Of a stretch of 64,000 nucleotides of DNA, positions 40,824-50,361 are shown piece after piece. The notes below the pieces were generated by a model, which was given only the letters and a program-made list of their open reading frames with translations, was not told where the DNA came from and did no database searches. The DNA is from an uncultured Clostridium sp. (GTDB taxonomy: Bacteria; Bacillota; Clostridia; TANB77; CAG-465): the NCBI GenBank assembly GCA_948470565.1, contig CAOKPF010000002.1:127-64126 (forward strand). Direction: 5' to 3'. The stretch's first letter is position 1. Each line of letters starts with the position of its first letter. The position numbers and the translations under genes were made by a program.

Positions 40824-41171
40824 TTAATACCCCACTTCTATTATTATAGCCTTGTAGTGTCTTACATTTTCGTTAATATAAACAGCTATAGCTTTTCCGT
40901 ATTCTTCCGCTGACATCTCTTTATATTGCTCTTCCTTAGAAAAATAATCTATGTAATAATCTAAAATATCGTCAAGATCATCATAAGTTCTAACATCATT
41001 CATATATACTGTACCAATTTTACAATTACAGCCTTCAAATACTGTCATACCATAATCCTCACAAATATTATCATTTGAAACATAAAATACTAATGGTAAT
41101 TCTGGATTTTCTTGTATTAATTTTCTTAGTTGTTCATTATCTATTTCTTTCATTTTTTCCATATTATTCAC
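40824..41171 (-). CDS. acidic hypothetical protein
   Basis: 115-aa ORF. Confidence 0.35.
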   Translation of the reverse strand: MNNMEKMKEIDNEQLRKLIQENPELPLVFYVSNDNICEDYGMTVFEGCNCKIGTVYMNDVRTYDDLDDILDYYIDYFSKEEQYKEMSAEEYGKAIAVYINENVRHYKAIIIEVGY

Positions 41172-41512
41172 CTCTTGAAATAATCTCCAATATTATATTT
41201 TTCAAATTCTTCTTTAGTAACATTTACCCATATTGATTTTGTTTTACCATTTATTACTTTTTGTATAGCAAATGTATAACTTTCTGCTTGATAATTCTGC
41301 GATGGTATATTTATTGTGCTACCATTAACGTAGCTTGTCTGTGTAGTTGTATAAGTATGTGCTGGTGTGTAGCTTTTATCTATTATAGTACCCTCCTTGC
41401 TTCCATACGTTGCATAAGAATATATATAATAACCTATAAAACCTACAACTAATACAATTACAGCTATTGCTATAACAATAACAATTCCTTGTCCTTTTTT
41501 TGTTTTTAACAT
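41168..41512 (-). CDS. membrane-anchored hypothetical protein
   Basis: N-terminal TM segment. Confidence 0.35.
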   Translation of the reverse strand: MLKTKKGQGIVIVIAIAVIVLVVGFIGYYIYSYATYGSKEGTIIDKSYTPAHTYTTTQTSYVNGSTINIPSQNYQAESYTFAIQKVINGKTKSIWVNVTKEEFEKYNIGDYFKR

Positions 41513-41562
41513 TCCTTATCCCTCCACCTTCTCTACTAAATCATCTTTTATTTTTAACATAT

Positions 41563-41947
41563 TTACTCCTCCAAAATATATATTTTTCCATCATGTTGCC
41601 TTATTATTCTTTTAAATTCTTCTAAAATTGTACCTGCTAAAATATTAAAATCTTCTGTATGTATCCACGCTACTGCTTTATTATTTATATCTTTTACACT
41701 ATATGGACAATTTGTATATCCATCACACGGTAAATAACCATAATATGGTGGCAATTCAAAAAATATTATTTTATGTTTTATCTTATATTCTTTTCCATCT
41801 TTGTGATATCTATCATATGGCTCCTCTGCATTACAATCATATGGTCTGTCATTCCAATCATCTCCGCCATTGCTCATCAAAATGATCAGTGAACCATGCT
41901 TTGTTACCATCTATGTAGCATAATTTGTATTCTTCTTTACCTAACAT
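41563..41947 (-). pseudogene. conserved phage protein (QWGDDWNDxPY type) broken at CGGA 41863-41866
   Basis: The RBS-preceded ATG at 41947 gives MLGKEEYKLCYIDGNKAWFTDHFDEQW, then CGG AGA TGA. The +1 frame continues GDDWNDRPYDCNAEEPY... to 41563. Confidence 0.55.
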
Positions 41948-41956
41948 TACTTATCC

Positions 41957-42133
41957 TCACTTTCTTTTCCACTCTTTTATAATTTCATTTCCAGACATTA
42001 TTTTAAATTCTCTTCTGTCTACGAAATTTTTGTTCAATCTTTTTAGTTCTTCTACAAAATCTTCTAAGTCTTCAAAGTATTTTGCAACTCCTAGTATTTT
42101 TTTATTTTTATATAAAGCAAATGATACTAACAT
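41957..42133 (-). CDS. 58-aa hypothetical protein
   Basis: Fills the gap between the YopX gene and the next gene. Confidence 0.3.
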   Translation of the reverse strand: MLVSFALYKNKKILGVAKYFEDLEDFVEELKRLNKNFVDRREFKIMSGNEIIKEWKRK

Positions 42134-42142
42134 ATGTTTTAC

Positions 42143-42541
42143 CTACTTTCTTTCCAATAACTCTGGATTATCATATATGTTGCCTATTACTTCACTGGTA
42201 AGATATACATAGTTCAAACTTAAAGTAGTTTCAGAATTTCTCAATATATATGAAGCTGTTTTTTGATTCCATTTAACTACAAAATTCTTACAATATATTT
42301 CATCTGTTAAATACTCTCGTGTTTTATATTCTAATATATCTCCTTCATATATTTCTTTTTCGTTTTTATCTTTCAATCCTGTGTATTGCATTAATATCAT
42401 GTCTTCTGTGTCAAAATAATCATTATACATTGTAGTTCTTATCATCGGTTGTCCGTTATAACTATCTCCATAATCTAATTCTTGTACATCTAAGATTTGT
42501 TTATTTTCTTTATCCCATACTCTAAATTTTATCTCTCTCAT
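42143..42541 (-). CDS. YopX-family protein
   Basis: MREIKFRVWDKENKQ N-terminus and GNIYDNPELL C-terminus. Confidence 0.75.
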   Translation of the reverse strand: MREIKFRVWDKENKQILDVQELDYGDSYNGQPMIRTTMYNDYFDTEDMILMQYTGLKDKNEKEIYEGDILEYKTREYLTDEIYCKNFVVKWNQKTASYILRNSETTLSLNYVYLTSEVIGNIYDNPELLERK

Positions 42542-42567
42542 ATTTCAACTCCTATCCAAATAAACCA

Positions 42568-42714
42568 TCATAGTCTTTTATATTTACAACTATAATCTAC
42601 TTTTATAAATTCTAATTCACATTCATCTTTCTTAGATTTTTCAAATTCTTCCGCTTTTTCTTTAAATTTACATACTTCTTTTTTTATACAATCATCGCAC
42701 ATTGTTCTTTCCAT
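42568..42714 (-). CDS. 48-aa Cys-rich protein
   Basis: Start after ggaggtaaagag; CDDC...C...C pattern. Confidence 0.35.
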   Translation of the reverse strand: MERTMCDDCIKKEVCKFKEKAEEFEKSKKDECELEFIKVDYSCKYKRL

Positions 42715-42736
42715 CTCTTTACCTCCATAAACTATA

Positions 42737-43003
42737 TCATTGTATATTTTCATCCATGGCTGAAACATCCCATCCTAGCTCCTTTACTTTAGCATTTATA
42801 GCTTGTAGTTCTGGCATTATAAAATAATCTCTATTAACTGCTAATCCTTTTTCATTTTCCTCAGAAACACTTACTTCCTTATCAAAACTAAATATAATAT
42901 GTCTTGCTGGTTTTAATTCGAAATGCTTTATATATCTACATAAACAAGACTCATCAAATAGTATTCTATATCCTAACTTTTCAAACATCTCATCTGCACT
43001 CAT
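42737..43003 (-). CDS. hypothetical protein
   Basis: ORF in a co-directional early block. Confidence 0.35.
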   Translation of the reverse strand: MSADEMFEKLGYRILFDESCLCRYIKHFELKPARHIIFSFDKEVSVSEENEKGLAVNRDYFIMPELQAINAKVKELGWDVSAMDENIQ

Positions 43004-43272
43004 TTACTCACCTCATTTGCTAATTTAACTCTCTTATATGTTACACACTTATCATTTATATCCTTGTCTGTAAAAATCATTTTATAGCCTAATTTTGTGT
43101 GTTTACATAGGTATGCATTGTACCCATCTTTTTTATATATTTGTTCTATCCTTGCAGGTACATATCTTTTACTTTCATTTGCAAATTGTAATATTTGCAC
43201 TATATCTCCTATCTTGCATAAATTACTTTTAAAACTGTTTTCTAATTCTTCTTTTTCATATTTTTTTATCAT
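43000..43272 (-). CDS. hypothetical protein
   Basis: ORF with overlapping stop/start. Confidence 0.35.
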   Translation of the reverse strand: MIKKYEKEELENSFKSNLCKIGDIVQILQFANESKRYVPARIEQIYKKDGYNAYLCKHTKLGYKMIFTDKDINDKCVTYKRVKLANEVSK

Positions 43273-43276
43273 ATAT

Positions 43277-43564
43277 TTACACCTCTATTATCTTTTTGAT
43301 TTCAATTAATCTTTTTTCCAATTCTTCATATTTTCTTTTATAATCTAATTGTTTTGGCGTCAATTTTTTTGAAGAATATATTTTTTCACCTTCAATTTTT
43401 ATTCCTATAGTCATATCTGGTATTACATGATATTGTCCTATACTATCTATCTTACAAGTAATGTAATCATCTTCTAATTTTAGTACAATCTCAATACTAG
43501 CCTCTCCTTTATTACTATTTTTATATGCTTTGTCTACAAGCTGTTTTAATTCTTTTATTTTCAT
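43277..43564 (-). CDS. hypothetical protein
   Basis: ORF. Confidence 0.35.
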   Translation of the reverse strand: MKIKELKQLVDKAYKNSNKGEASIEIVLKLEDDYITCKIDSIGQYHVIPDMTIGIKIEGEKIYSSKKLTPKQLDYKRKYEELEKRLIEIKKIIEV

Positions 43565-43565
43565 A

Positions 43566-43925
43566 TCACACCTCTGCTATCTTTAAATTAAATTTATCCT
43601 CAAATATCTTCTTTTTAACTATATATTCCTTTGTTCGTGTGCCTTTTACATCTATTATATCTGTTGTACCATCTATATTAAATACAATAAAATCTGCTTT
43701 ATATTTTAGATTTGGTGCTAGTATAAATGTAGGCTGTAGGCAAAAGCCTTTTATCTCCTTTGCCTGCAATCTTAGCTTTAACTCACAATAATAATTAGCT
43801 TCCTTTTTGCTATCGAATGTATGTCCATCAATTGTGGTTTTTATAGCACCAAATTTGTTTGCTTTTTTAGTTTTATTTTTAATATACTCTGTATACTGCT
43901 CTGCAGTCCAGTGTTCTTGTTTCAT
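43566..43925 (-). CDS. DUF1064 (PD-(D/E)XK-like) phage protein
   Basis: KFGAIKTTIDGHTFDSKKEANYY...YKADFIV...IIDVKG pattern. Confidence 0.7.
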   Translation of the reverse strand: MKQEHWTAEQYTEYIKNKTKKANKFGAIKTTIDGHTFDSKKEANYYCELKLRLQAKEIKGFCLQPTFILAPNLKYKADFIVFNIDGTTDIIDVKGTRTKEYIVKKKIFEDKFNLKIAEV

Positions 43926-44260
43926 ATGTCCTCCTGTTTCAAAATCTTATGTTCGTGTTTGTTTTTTGAGTTTAAGAAAACGAATATAAGATATTTAAAA
44001 TAACCTATGTTCCTGTAATATCAAACGTTTCATGTACTTAAATAAATCTTAAACAATACTTAAACATAATTTAAGTTTAAGACTTTATATTAAATTAACT
44101 TGTACAATTCTACCTCTAAAATTATTAATAGCATTTAAGTATTCTACTACTTCATCGTCACTTAATTCTATCTTCTTTCCGTCTTTATCAGTTGTATATT
44201 TTATATTTTTATAAATTTCTTCACTTATTTGATATATTATATCTTTCATATTCTTTATCC

Positions 44261-44443
44261 TTATTTTTTACTCTTATTACAATTCTTTACCATAATTCTA
44301 TGTTCTGATTTCCCGTATTTCTTATCCTGGTATTCTTCCCATAATTTTGCAAAGTGTTGCCTTGACACTTTTCTTATACCTCTATTTAATTTTTGCCATT
44401 GTTTTTTTACAAAATTTCTCTCTATTTTTCTTTGAAAACTCAT
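44261..44443 (-). CDS. 60-aa basic protein
   Basis: ORF. Confidence 0.3.
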   Translation of the reverse strand: MSFQRKIERNFVKKQWQKLNRGIRKVSRQHFAKLWEEYQDKKYGKSEHRIMVKNCNKSKK

Positions 44444-44734
44444 TTTTATCCCCCTATTCTTGTGGCATGTAATATACCTTTGTTTTATCGTATTTTTTGT
44501 ATTATTCCACTATTTCCAGCAATACTTCTTTTGCTCTTTCTTCTGTTTGATAAGTTGCAAAACTTTTAAAAACTTCTGAACAATCAATTTCTATATAATT
44601 ATCATGATTAATTATCATTAAACTTGTTATACTATCAAAATTTTCAAATCTATTTTGTTTCAATCTTTATTCCTCCTATTTCTACGCATAACCAATAGTC
44701 TATCATATTTTTTCCTTTCTCTAATTTTGATATA

Positions 44735-44926
44735 TTATTTATTCTCTTTGATAAAATCTTTTAAATATTTGCCGTCAATGAGTTCGTCAATTCTATCAAT
44801 CTCATAATCCTCGAATTTATTTAGCATTTCAATAAATTCTCTTATCATATTCGTTTCACATTCATGGCACATTGCTTTATCTTCCCTGATAAGCATTTCG
44901 CATGTTTTACATTCATGAATTTCCAT
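44735..44926 (-). CDS. 63-aa zinc-finger-like protein
   Basis: CKTC...CHEC pattern. Confidence 0.35.
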   Translation of the reverse strand: MEIHECKTCEMLIREDKAMCHECETNMIREFIEMLNKFEDYEIDRIDELIDGKYLKDFIKENK

Positions 44927-44928
44927 TG

Positions 44929-45468
44929 TTATCCCTCCAAACTCTTTACTTTTAAGTTATTAACCACATTATCTACTAATTTTTTATATTCTTGTGGTAA
45001 TAATAAATTTTCTTGTTCTTCTTTTTGGTAATTTTCTGCAAATTTCAAAAATCTTGATTGAATATTATTTATTACATAGTCTTTATCAATCATTCCATAA
45101 GGCTTTAAGTTCGTTAGACTACCGAAGAACCTTTTACATATTTCCGGATATTTTTCAAACTCTTCTTGCGTCATATAATTTGCATTACTCATCATTTCAA
45201 ATGCATCTTGCCAATAATTTATATCTGATTTCTTTTGTGCTGTTATCTTAAATATTTCTTTTTTTACATCTGCGATTGTTGGTGGAAACTCTAAATGCGT
45301 TATAAGCCTTTTCACTGCAATAGTTAATATTCTTATATCCGTATCACTAAACATCTCTTGCCATAATGCTATCGCCTCTTCAGCTTGACTTTTACTCATA
45401 TTTGCATAGAATCTAGGATATGCTGTTTTTAATATTCCTAATATTGCAATAATATTATCTCTATTCAT
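44929..45468 (-). CDS. putative helicase-loader-like replication protein (G39P-like)
   Basis: ILKTAYPRFY...ALWQEMFSD...FPPTIADVKKEI pattern; follows the replication organiser gene. Confidence 0.4.
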   Translation of the reverse strand: MNRDNIIAILGILKTAYPRFYANMSKSQAEEAIALWQEMFSDTDIRILTIAVKRLITHLEFPPTIADVKKEIFKITAQKKSDINYWQDAFEMMSNANYMTQEEFEKYPEICKRFFGSLTNLKPYGMIDKDYVINNIQSRFLKFAENYQKEEQENLLLPQEYKKLVDNVVNNLKVKSLEG

Positions 45469-46256
45469 TCCATTTTTCCCTCATTTCTCAAAATATCAAA
45501 AAATACATTTTCATTTTGAATATTAGTATTTTTGTTATTCTTTCGCTTCACTGCATCTACTACCCATTTTCTTATCGCCATATAATGCGATTTATATTTT
45601 GTACCTTTCATTTCGATATACTCATCAAGGTATATTATTAACTCTTCCCAATTGCTAAAGTCTTTTTGTAGTGCCTGCAATTCTTGATCTTTCAGCAATA
45701 CATTTTTATATGCACCATATTTGTGCTTGATTTGTTTGCTGGCTTTTGCAGTGTCACTTGTAGAAGCCTCTGCTTCGGAAAGTGCTATAGTAGTATTATT
45801 TGTTTCTTTGTTATCTTTGTTTATATTGTTATCTTTGTTATGTTGTTGACATTTGATTGTCATTTGATTGTCATTTGTTTGCCCTTTGTTTGTCATTTGT
45901 TTGTCATCTTGCGTGTCATTTTGTATGTCATTTTCTTGTTCGACGTTTTGATAATAATTGTATTTTTCAATGGTTATGAGTGTATATTTGTTTGTCGGTT
46001 TAGTTGTTATTTCGTTTGTCATTTTTAGCTTGTCTATCGCACACCTTACTTGGCGTACTGTCAACCCAACATCATCCGCTAAATTTGAATATGAGGTAAC
46101 AACTTGCCCTCTTTTTATTTCTATACCTTTCCATTTTTTATCTTTATAATTAGCTGTTAATAATAAATGTAGAAATACTATTTTTACATTTATATTACTG
46201 TACCATTCCCATTCTAACATTTTTCTTTGTAATGTTATCCATCCCTCCATAAGCAC
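45465..46256 (-). CDS. phage replication initiator / replisome organiser
   Basis: N-terminal winged-helix-like region. C-terminal conserved phage motif YGAYKNVLLKDQELQALQKDF...YLDEYIEMKG...HYMAIRKWV. Iterons lie inside the gene. Confidence 0.7.
   Translation of the reverse strand: MLMEGWITLQRKMLEWEWYSNINVKIVFLHLLLTANYKDKKWKGIEIKRGQVVTSYSNLADDVGLTVRQVRCAIDKLKMTNEITTKPTNKYTLITIEKYNYYQNVEQENDIQNDTQDDKQMTNKGQTNDNQMTIKCQQHNKDNNINKDNKETNNTTIALSEAEASTSDTAKASKQIKHKYGAYKNVLLKDQELQALQKDFSNWEELIIYLDEYIEMKGTKYKSHYMAIRKWVVDAVKRKNNKNTNIQNENVFFDILRNEGKME
45847..45935. repeat. putative origin iterons (eight copies of TGTCATTTG-type 11-12-mers)
   Basis: tgacatttgat tgtcatttgat tgtcatttgtt tgccctttgtt tgtcatttgtt tgtcatcttgcg tgtcattttgta tgtcattttc. 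Confidence 0.6.
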
Positions 46257-46301
46257 AACCTCCTTACTTTAATGGGGGATGGTTTGTATCCCCCTCATAT
46301 T

Positions 46302-47276
46302 TTAATTAAAGAATGGATCATCTTCTGGTACTGTTTGTGTTACATTTTCATGTTCTACTAATTCACTATTTGTTTCTTCTGTTATATTACCCTCTATTTG
46401 CTCCATATTTCCGTTTTCAGCCTCTTTATATTCTGATGTATTATCAACATACTCATAAGTTCCATCTTCCCTTATTTCTGCCATATCTTTCGTATATGCT
46501 TCTTGCATTTCTATACTCATAATTCCCCATTTTGAAATCAATTGTCTTAACATTGTTTTATATGCCATGCCATCAAAATCTTTATACCAATATGAAGAAT
46601 ATAACCACATATCTTTAGGATCAACTTTACCTGCTTCATAATCTTCATAAGACACCTTTGGATATTTACCTGTTGTTGCTTTTAAACTAAATGCCTGTGA
46701 ATATTTATCTGCATGTGCCAACATTTTCTTTTTAGTCCAATATAAAGTCTTTTTAAATCCGTTTTGATATTCAAACATAGCATAATAACCTATTGTTGGT
46801 GTTTGCTCTCTTATTTCATCATCTTCTATTAAATTTACTTCAATTTCTTCTGCTAAAGGATCATATTTTATTAATTCTCCTTCTTTTATTGCTAATACAT
46901 TTATTTTTTTATAATTTCCGCTTCTAATTGCAAGTTGTATATATCCTTTATAGCCAAGCTGGAATTGAGCTACTTTACACCCTTTTTTATTATCATTAAA
47001 TGGTACTAAATAATATTGTCCTAATTGTGGACTAGGACTTAAATTAAGTGATTGTCCAAGTAATGCTGCACTTACTATACTACTATTATCACATTCAGCA
47101 AGTGTTGGATTTGCACTTACTGCACTTATAATACTAGTTACAAATTGTTGTCCTTTTACTCCTCCTACCATTTCATTTATTTTTCTTTTCATTGCATCTT
47201 GTGCTAAAAATGCACTAAATGTTAATTTAGTTTTATCATCTTTTTTTGTTAAACTATTACTTACTGCCATTATCAT
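46302..47276 (-). CDS. recT: RecT-family single-strand annealing protein
   Basis: LGQYYLVPF...FQLGYKGYIQLAIRSGNYK motif. Confidence 0.85.
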   Translation of the reverse strand: MIMAVSNSLTKKDDKTKLTFSAFLAQDAMKRKINEMVGGVKGQQFVTSIISAVSANPTLAECDNSSIVSAALLGQSLNLSPSPQLGQYYLVPFNDNKKGCKVAQFQLGYKGYIQLAIRSGNYKKINVLAIKEGELIKYDPLAEEIEVNLIEDDEIREQTPTIGYYAMFEYQNGFKKTLYWTKKKMLAHADKYSQAFSLKATTGKYPKVSYEDYEAGKVDPKDMWLYSSYWYKDFDGMAYKTMLRQLISKWGIMSIEMQEAYTKDMAEIREDGTYEYVDNTSEYKEAENGNMEQIEGNITEETNSELVEHENVTQTVPEDDPFFN

Positions 47277-47568
47277 ATACCCCCAATTCTTTCAAAAATT
47301 TATTAAATTCTTTTTTATCTTCAAATTCTAGTTCTTTGCCATCGATGTCTTCGTTTTCAAATCCAACTTCTACTGCTCCTATAATAAGTTTTTTAGACAT
47401 ACCATTATCTTTTAAAATTCTTACTAAATTGGCAATTCCCATCATTATACCAATTGTATCGCCATCTATTGTAACAATTTGTCTTTCTTTTTTTCCGTCA
47501 ACTTTTATATGTATATCACATTCTGTTGGATCTACATTTCTACTTCTTACATTTCTATTTCCAAACAT
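47257..47568 (-). CDS. hypothetical protein
   Basis: 103-aa ORF. Confidence 0.4.
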   Translation of the reverse strand: MFGNRNVRSRNVDPTECDIHIKVDGKKERQIVTIDGDTIGIMMGIANLVRILKDNGMSKKLIIGAVEVGFENEDIDGKELEFEDKKEFNKFLKELGVYDNGSK

Positions 47569-47569
47569 A

Positions 47570-48430
47570 TTATTTTACCCTCCCATATTCAATATTGTTT
47601 TTTATCAAAAATTCTTTTAACGCCTGTTTTTGTTCTTGTGTAACCCATACTCTAAAGTCTAATTGTTGTACTGCTTCTTGTTGCATATTTACTACAACAT
47701 TATTAACATTCTCCACATTTTCATTAACTTCTGTTTCAGTTTTGTTAACTATTTCTGCATTTATATTAACATTTTCTGTTTTTTGTTCAACTTCTGCTAT
47801 TTTCTTTTGGTTTTCTATAATTCTGTTGCCTTCTTGCAAAGCTAAACTTAATATACTAGATTCTTTTATATTTTTAAAATAATAATCTTTTACTTGTATT
47901 CGTATATTTTCATCTGTAATTTGTCCATCTATTGTAGTCAAATCCATTTTAGTTTTTGAAAATATATGATCTATATCTTGCTCAACTTTCTTCATGGTAT
48001 AAGTTTTATTTGTCCATTGCTCTTGATATACATTATCAAAATCAATTAAATTTTTGTATTCTCCTACATGTTCATCAAAATATTTTACAATTTCTAGTAA
48101 TTTGTCTGCTTTCTCTTTTTGTTCAGCATTCTTCAATTGACTATCTAAATTATTTACAACTACTAAACCAATATTTTTTAAAGAATTACACTGCTCTATA
48201 AATTTTTGCAAAGGTTCGTTATATTCCTTTGTTTTATCAATTCTTACTTTATCTATATTTTTTATTATTTTATTAATTTTAGCTTTTATATCTTTAATTT
48301 CTGTTTTATTATCTTCTGTTAAAACTAAATCTTTATATTTCTCTATTGCCTCAGTAAATTCTTTTTCTAGTTCATCATAATTTGTAATGCTAATCTCTTG
48401 TTTTTTTATTTCAGATACAGCTACTTCCAT
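47570..48430 (-). CDS. DUF1351-like protein of the recombination module
   Basis: Coiled-coil 286-aa protein between the YqaJ and RecT genes, as in many Firmicutes phages. Confidence 0.55.
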   Translation of the reverse strand: MEVAVSEIKKQEISITNYDELEKEFTEAIEKYKDLVLTEDNKTEIKDIKAKINKIIKNIDKVRIDKTKEYNEPLQKFIEQCNSLKNIGLVVVNNLDSQLKNAEQKEKADKLLEIVKYFDEHVGEYKNLIDFDNVYQEQWTNKTYTMKKVEQDIDHIFSKTKMDLTTIDGQITDENIRIQVKDYYFKNIKESSILSLALQEGNRIIENQKKIAEVEQKTENVNINAEIVNKTETEVNENVENVNNVVVNMQQEAVQQLDFRVWVTQEQKQALKEFLIKNNIEYGRVK

Positions 48431-48447
48431 CTTTCATAAACTCCTCT

Positions 48448-49086
48448 CTATATTCCCAAATTAATATATACATTTGGTTTTTTGTCTTTTATAATATATT
48501 CGTTCCAAAATTTTATTTCTGCCTCTTCTAGCATTTTTATATCATCTTCAACTTCTTTTCTTAACAGTTTATAATGTTTAGTTTCTAGTCTTATATCATC
48601 ATTATAGTTATACTTTAATTGTGCTTTTAATATTGCAAATGTATATCCTGTTACATTCATATAATGCAATACTTGGCAATAATAATTATCAGGTATCCTG
48701 TCTTTCCACTTTTCTTTTTGCATGGATTGCAATATATTTGTAGTTTTTATTTCTAAAATACCCATTTCTCCAGTTTCTTTATCAATCAGTGTACCATCTA
48801 AACTAGCAAACAAAAACGGATATTTTTCATGTTTTATTATTGTATTTTCTTCATGCTTTACCTCATATTGTGGAAAGTCTAATTTAAATAATTCTCTTAA
48901 ATGATCTTCGGCGTTAGTTCCATATTTTACATAGGATTTATCTGATATATCAACTGCTTCTTTTCTTCCTGTTTTTTCTTCCCATAATTCAACATTTGTT
49001 TTATAAGGATTTAACCCTATAATTGCAGATGCATCACTGCCACCGATGCCTTTTTTTCTTTCTTCTAACCATTCTTTACGTGTCAT
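48448..49086 (-). CDS. YqaJ-type (lambda Exo-like) exonuclease
   Basis: WLEERKKGIGGSDASAIIGLNPYKT...ELWEEKTG; DG...EIKT motif. Confidence 0.85.
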   Translation of the reverse strand: MTRKEWLEERKKGIGGSDASAIIGLNPYKTNVELWEEKTGRKEAVDISDKSYVKYGTNAEDHLRELFKLDFPQYEVKHEENTIIKHEKYPFLFASLDGTLIDKETGEMGILEIKTTNILQSMQKEKWKDRIPDNYYCQVLHYMNVTGYTFAILKAQLKYNYNDDIRLETKHYKLLRKEVEDDIKMLEEAEIKFWNEYIIKDKKPNVYINLGI

Positions 49087-49092
49087 ATTACT

Positions 49093-49845
49093 TTACCTCT
49101 TATTAAGAAATTTATTTACAAAATATATTTGACCTTTTCCAGTAACCTTAGGTGTTTTACTAACACTTATATGTCCATCACTATGTGTTACAGTTGTTAT
49201 TTTTATTTCAAACAATTCTTGTTCCATACTTCTTTGCGTTGGCATATTGTAATCTGTTCCTTTTCTTTTAGTTAAATAATTATTATTTCTTAACCATTCA
49301 AATAATCTATTCTGACCGATTTCATACCCATTTTGTTTTAATATCTTCGCTAATTCTCCTATTAATATACTAGTTTTTGATGTTTCTACACTATCAGCAA
49401 ATAGCACTTTAGGTTTTTGAATTTCTAGTTGCCTATCCTTTTCTGCAATTCTATTCTGTGCTACCATCAAGGCTTTTGCTAATAACTCATCATCTGTTAA
49501 ATTCTCTTGATTTTGAATATATCCCCCGTTTTTTCTTATACTTGGCAATACTTCACTTGTTACCCATCTTTTAAATTCCTTTGCTTTTGGCAATTTACTA
49601 GAAAGTATTAAGCTATATAAGCCACTTTCATTTATTACAACCATATTTCTATTTTGGCTACCGTCGTAAAATGCGACATTAGATACCTTATCTTCATCTT
49701 CTATATGTTTTATTAAAGCATCTCTTGTATTCTTATATCCTAATATTGTTGCAACGTCATTTCCAACAAAATATGGTTCTCCATTTATTTCTTGTACTCT
49801 TATTTTTCCAAATTCTCTATTTTCAAAAATCTTTAATTCTCCCAT
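49093..49845 (-). CDS. antirepressor, Bro-N plus KilAC-type C-terminal domain
   Basis: IFENREFGKIRVQEINGEPYFVGNDVATILGY (Bro-N). Start chosen after gggagg. Confidence 0.8.
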   Translation of the reverse strand: MGELKIFENREFGKIRVQEINGEPYFVGNDVATILGYKNTRDALIKHIEDEDKVSNVAFYDGSQNRNMVVINESGLYSLILSSKLPKAKEFKRWVTSEVLPSIRKNGGYIQNQENLTDDELLAKALMVAQNRIAEKDRQLEIQKPKVLFADSVETSKTSILIGELAKILKQNGYEIGQNRLFEWLRNNNYLTKRKGTDYNMPTQRSMEQELFEIKITTVTHSDGHISVSKTPKVTGKGQIYFVNKFLNKR

Positions 49846-49910
49846 AATTTTCCTCCCTTGCATTTATTACATTTTTATGTTAAAATAAAAATGTAGTGTT
49901 TTACTATGTT

Positions 49911-50168
49911 TTAATTATTTGAAGTGTCTTGTTGGTGTGTTTTTAGACACTTCATATTTTGTTCTTTAAATTTACATAGTCCAACTAAGTTTTCATTTTC
50001 TGTTTTTAGCTTTCTAATTTCTTGTTTCATATTTTCTATTTCATTATTCTTTTCGTTAATAGTTATTCTATATGTTCCTGCCAACTCTCCAGTGTTTATT
50101 AATTCCTTTTTTACTTGTTCTAATTCATTTTGTAACCTTTCAATTTCTTTATCTTTTCTAAAAAACAT
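49911..50168 (-). CDS. coiled-coil hypothetical protein
   Basis: 85-aa ORF, RBS aaggaggtgg. Confidence 0.35.
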   Translation of the reverse strand: MFFRKDKEIERLQNELEQVKKELINTGELAGTYRITINEKNNEIENMKQEIRKLKTENENLVGLCKFKEQNMKCLKTHQQDTSNN

Positions 50169-50229
50169 TTATTTTTCCACCTCCTTAATTATCTCCGACG
50201 AATTTCGTCGCTTGTTTATATCATTCTAA

Positions 50230-50361
50230 TTAATAAGTTTCATATATTAAGTGTTTTCGTAATTCATCATATACTGATATACCTGTTGTTTGATATATTA
50301 ATGTGTGTGTAGCTAGTATGCATATAGTAGCTATTGTAAAATCAAACAATATTTTAATCAT
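50230..50361 (-). CDS. 43-aa hydrophobic peptide
   Basis: Its ATG (50359-50361) lies just upstream of, and its reading frame overlaps, the stop (50354-50356) of the preceding gene; one TM segment. Confidence 0.25.
   Translation of the reverse strand: MIKILFDFTIATICILATHTLIYQTTGISVYDELRKHLIYETY

Noticed and set aside
43990-44100. CTTAAA / TTTAAG short repeats, as a possible second origin
   Set aside because: Only 6-mers of low complexity in AT-rich DNA. The iterons at 45847-45935 are a far better origin candidate.
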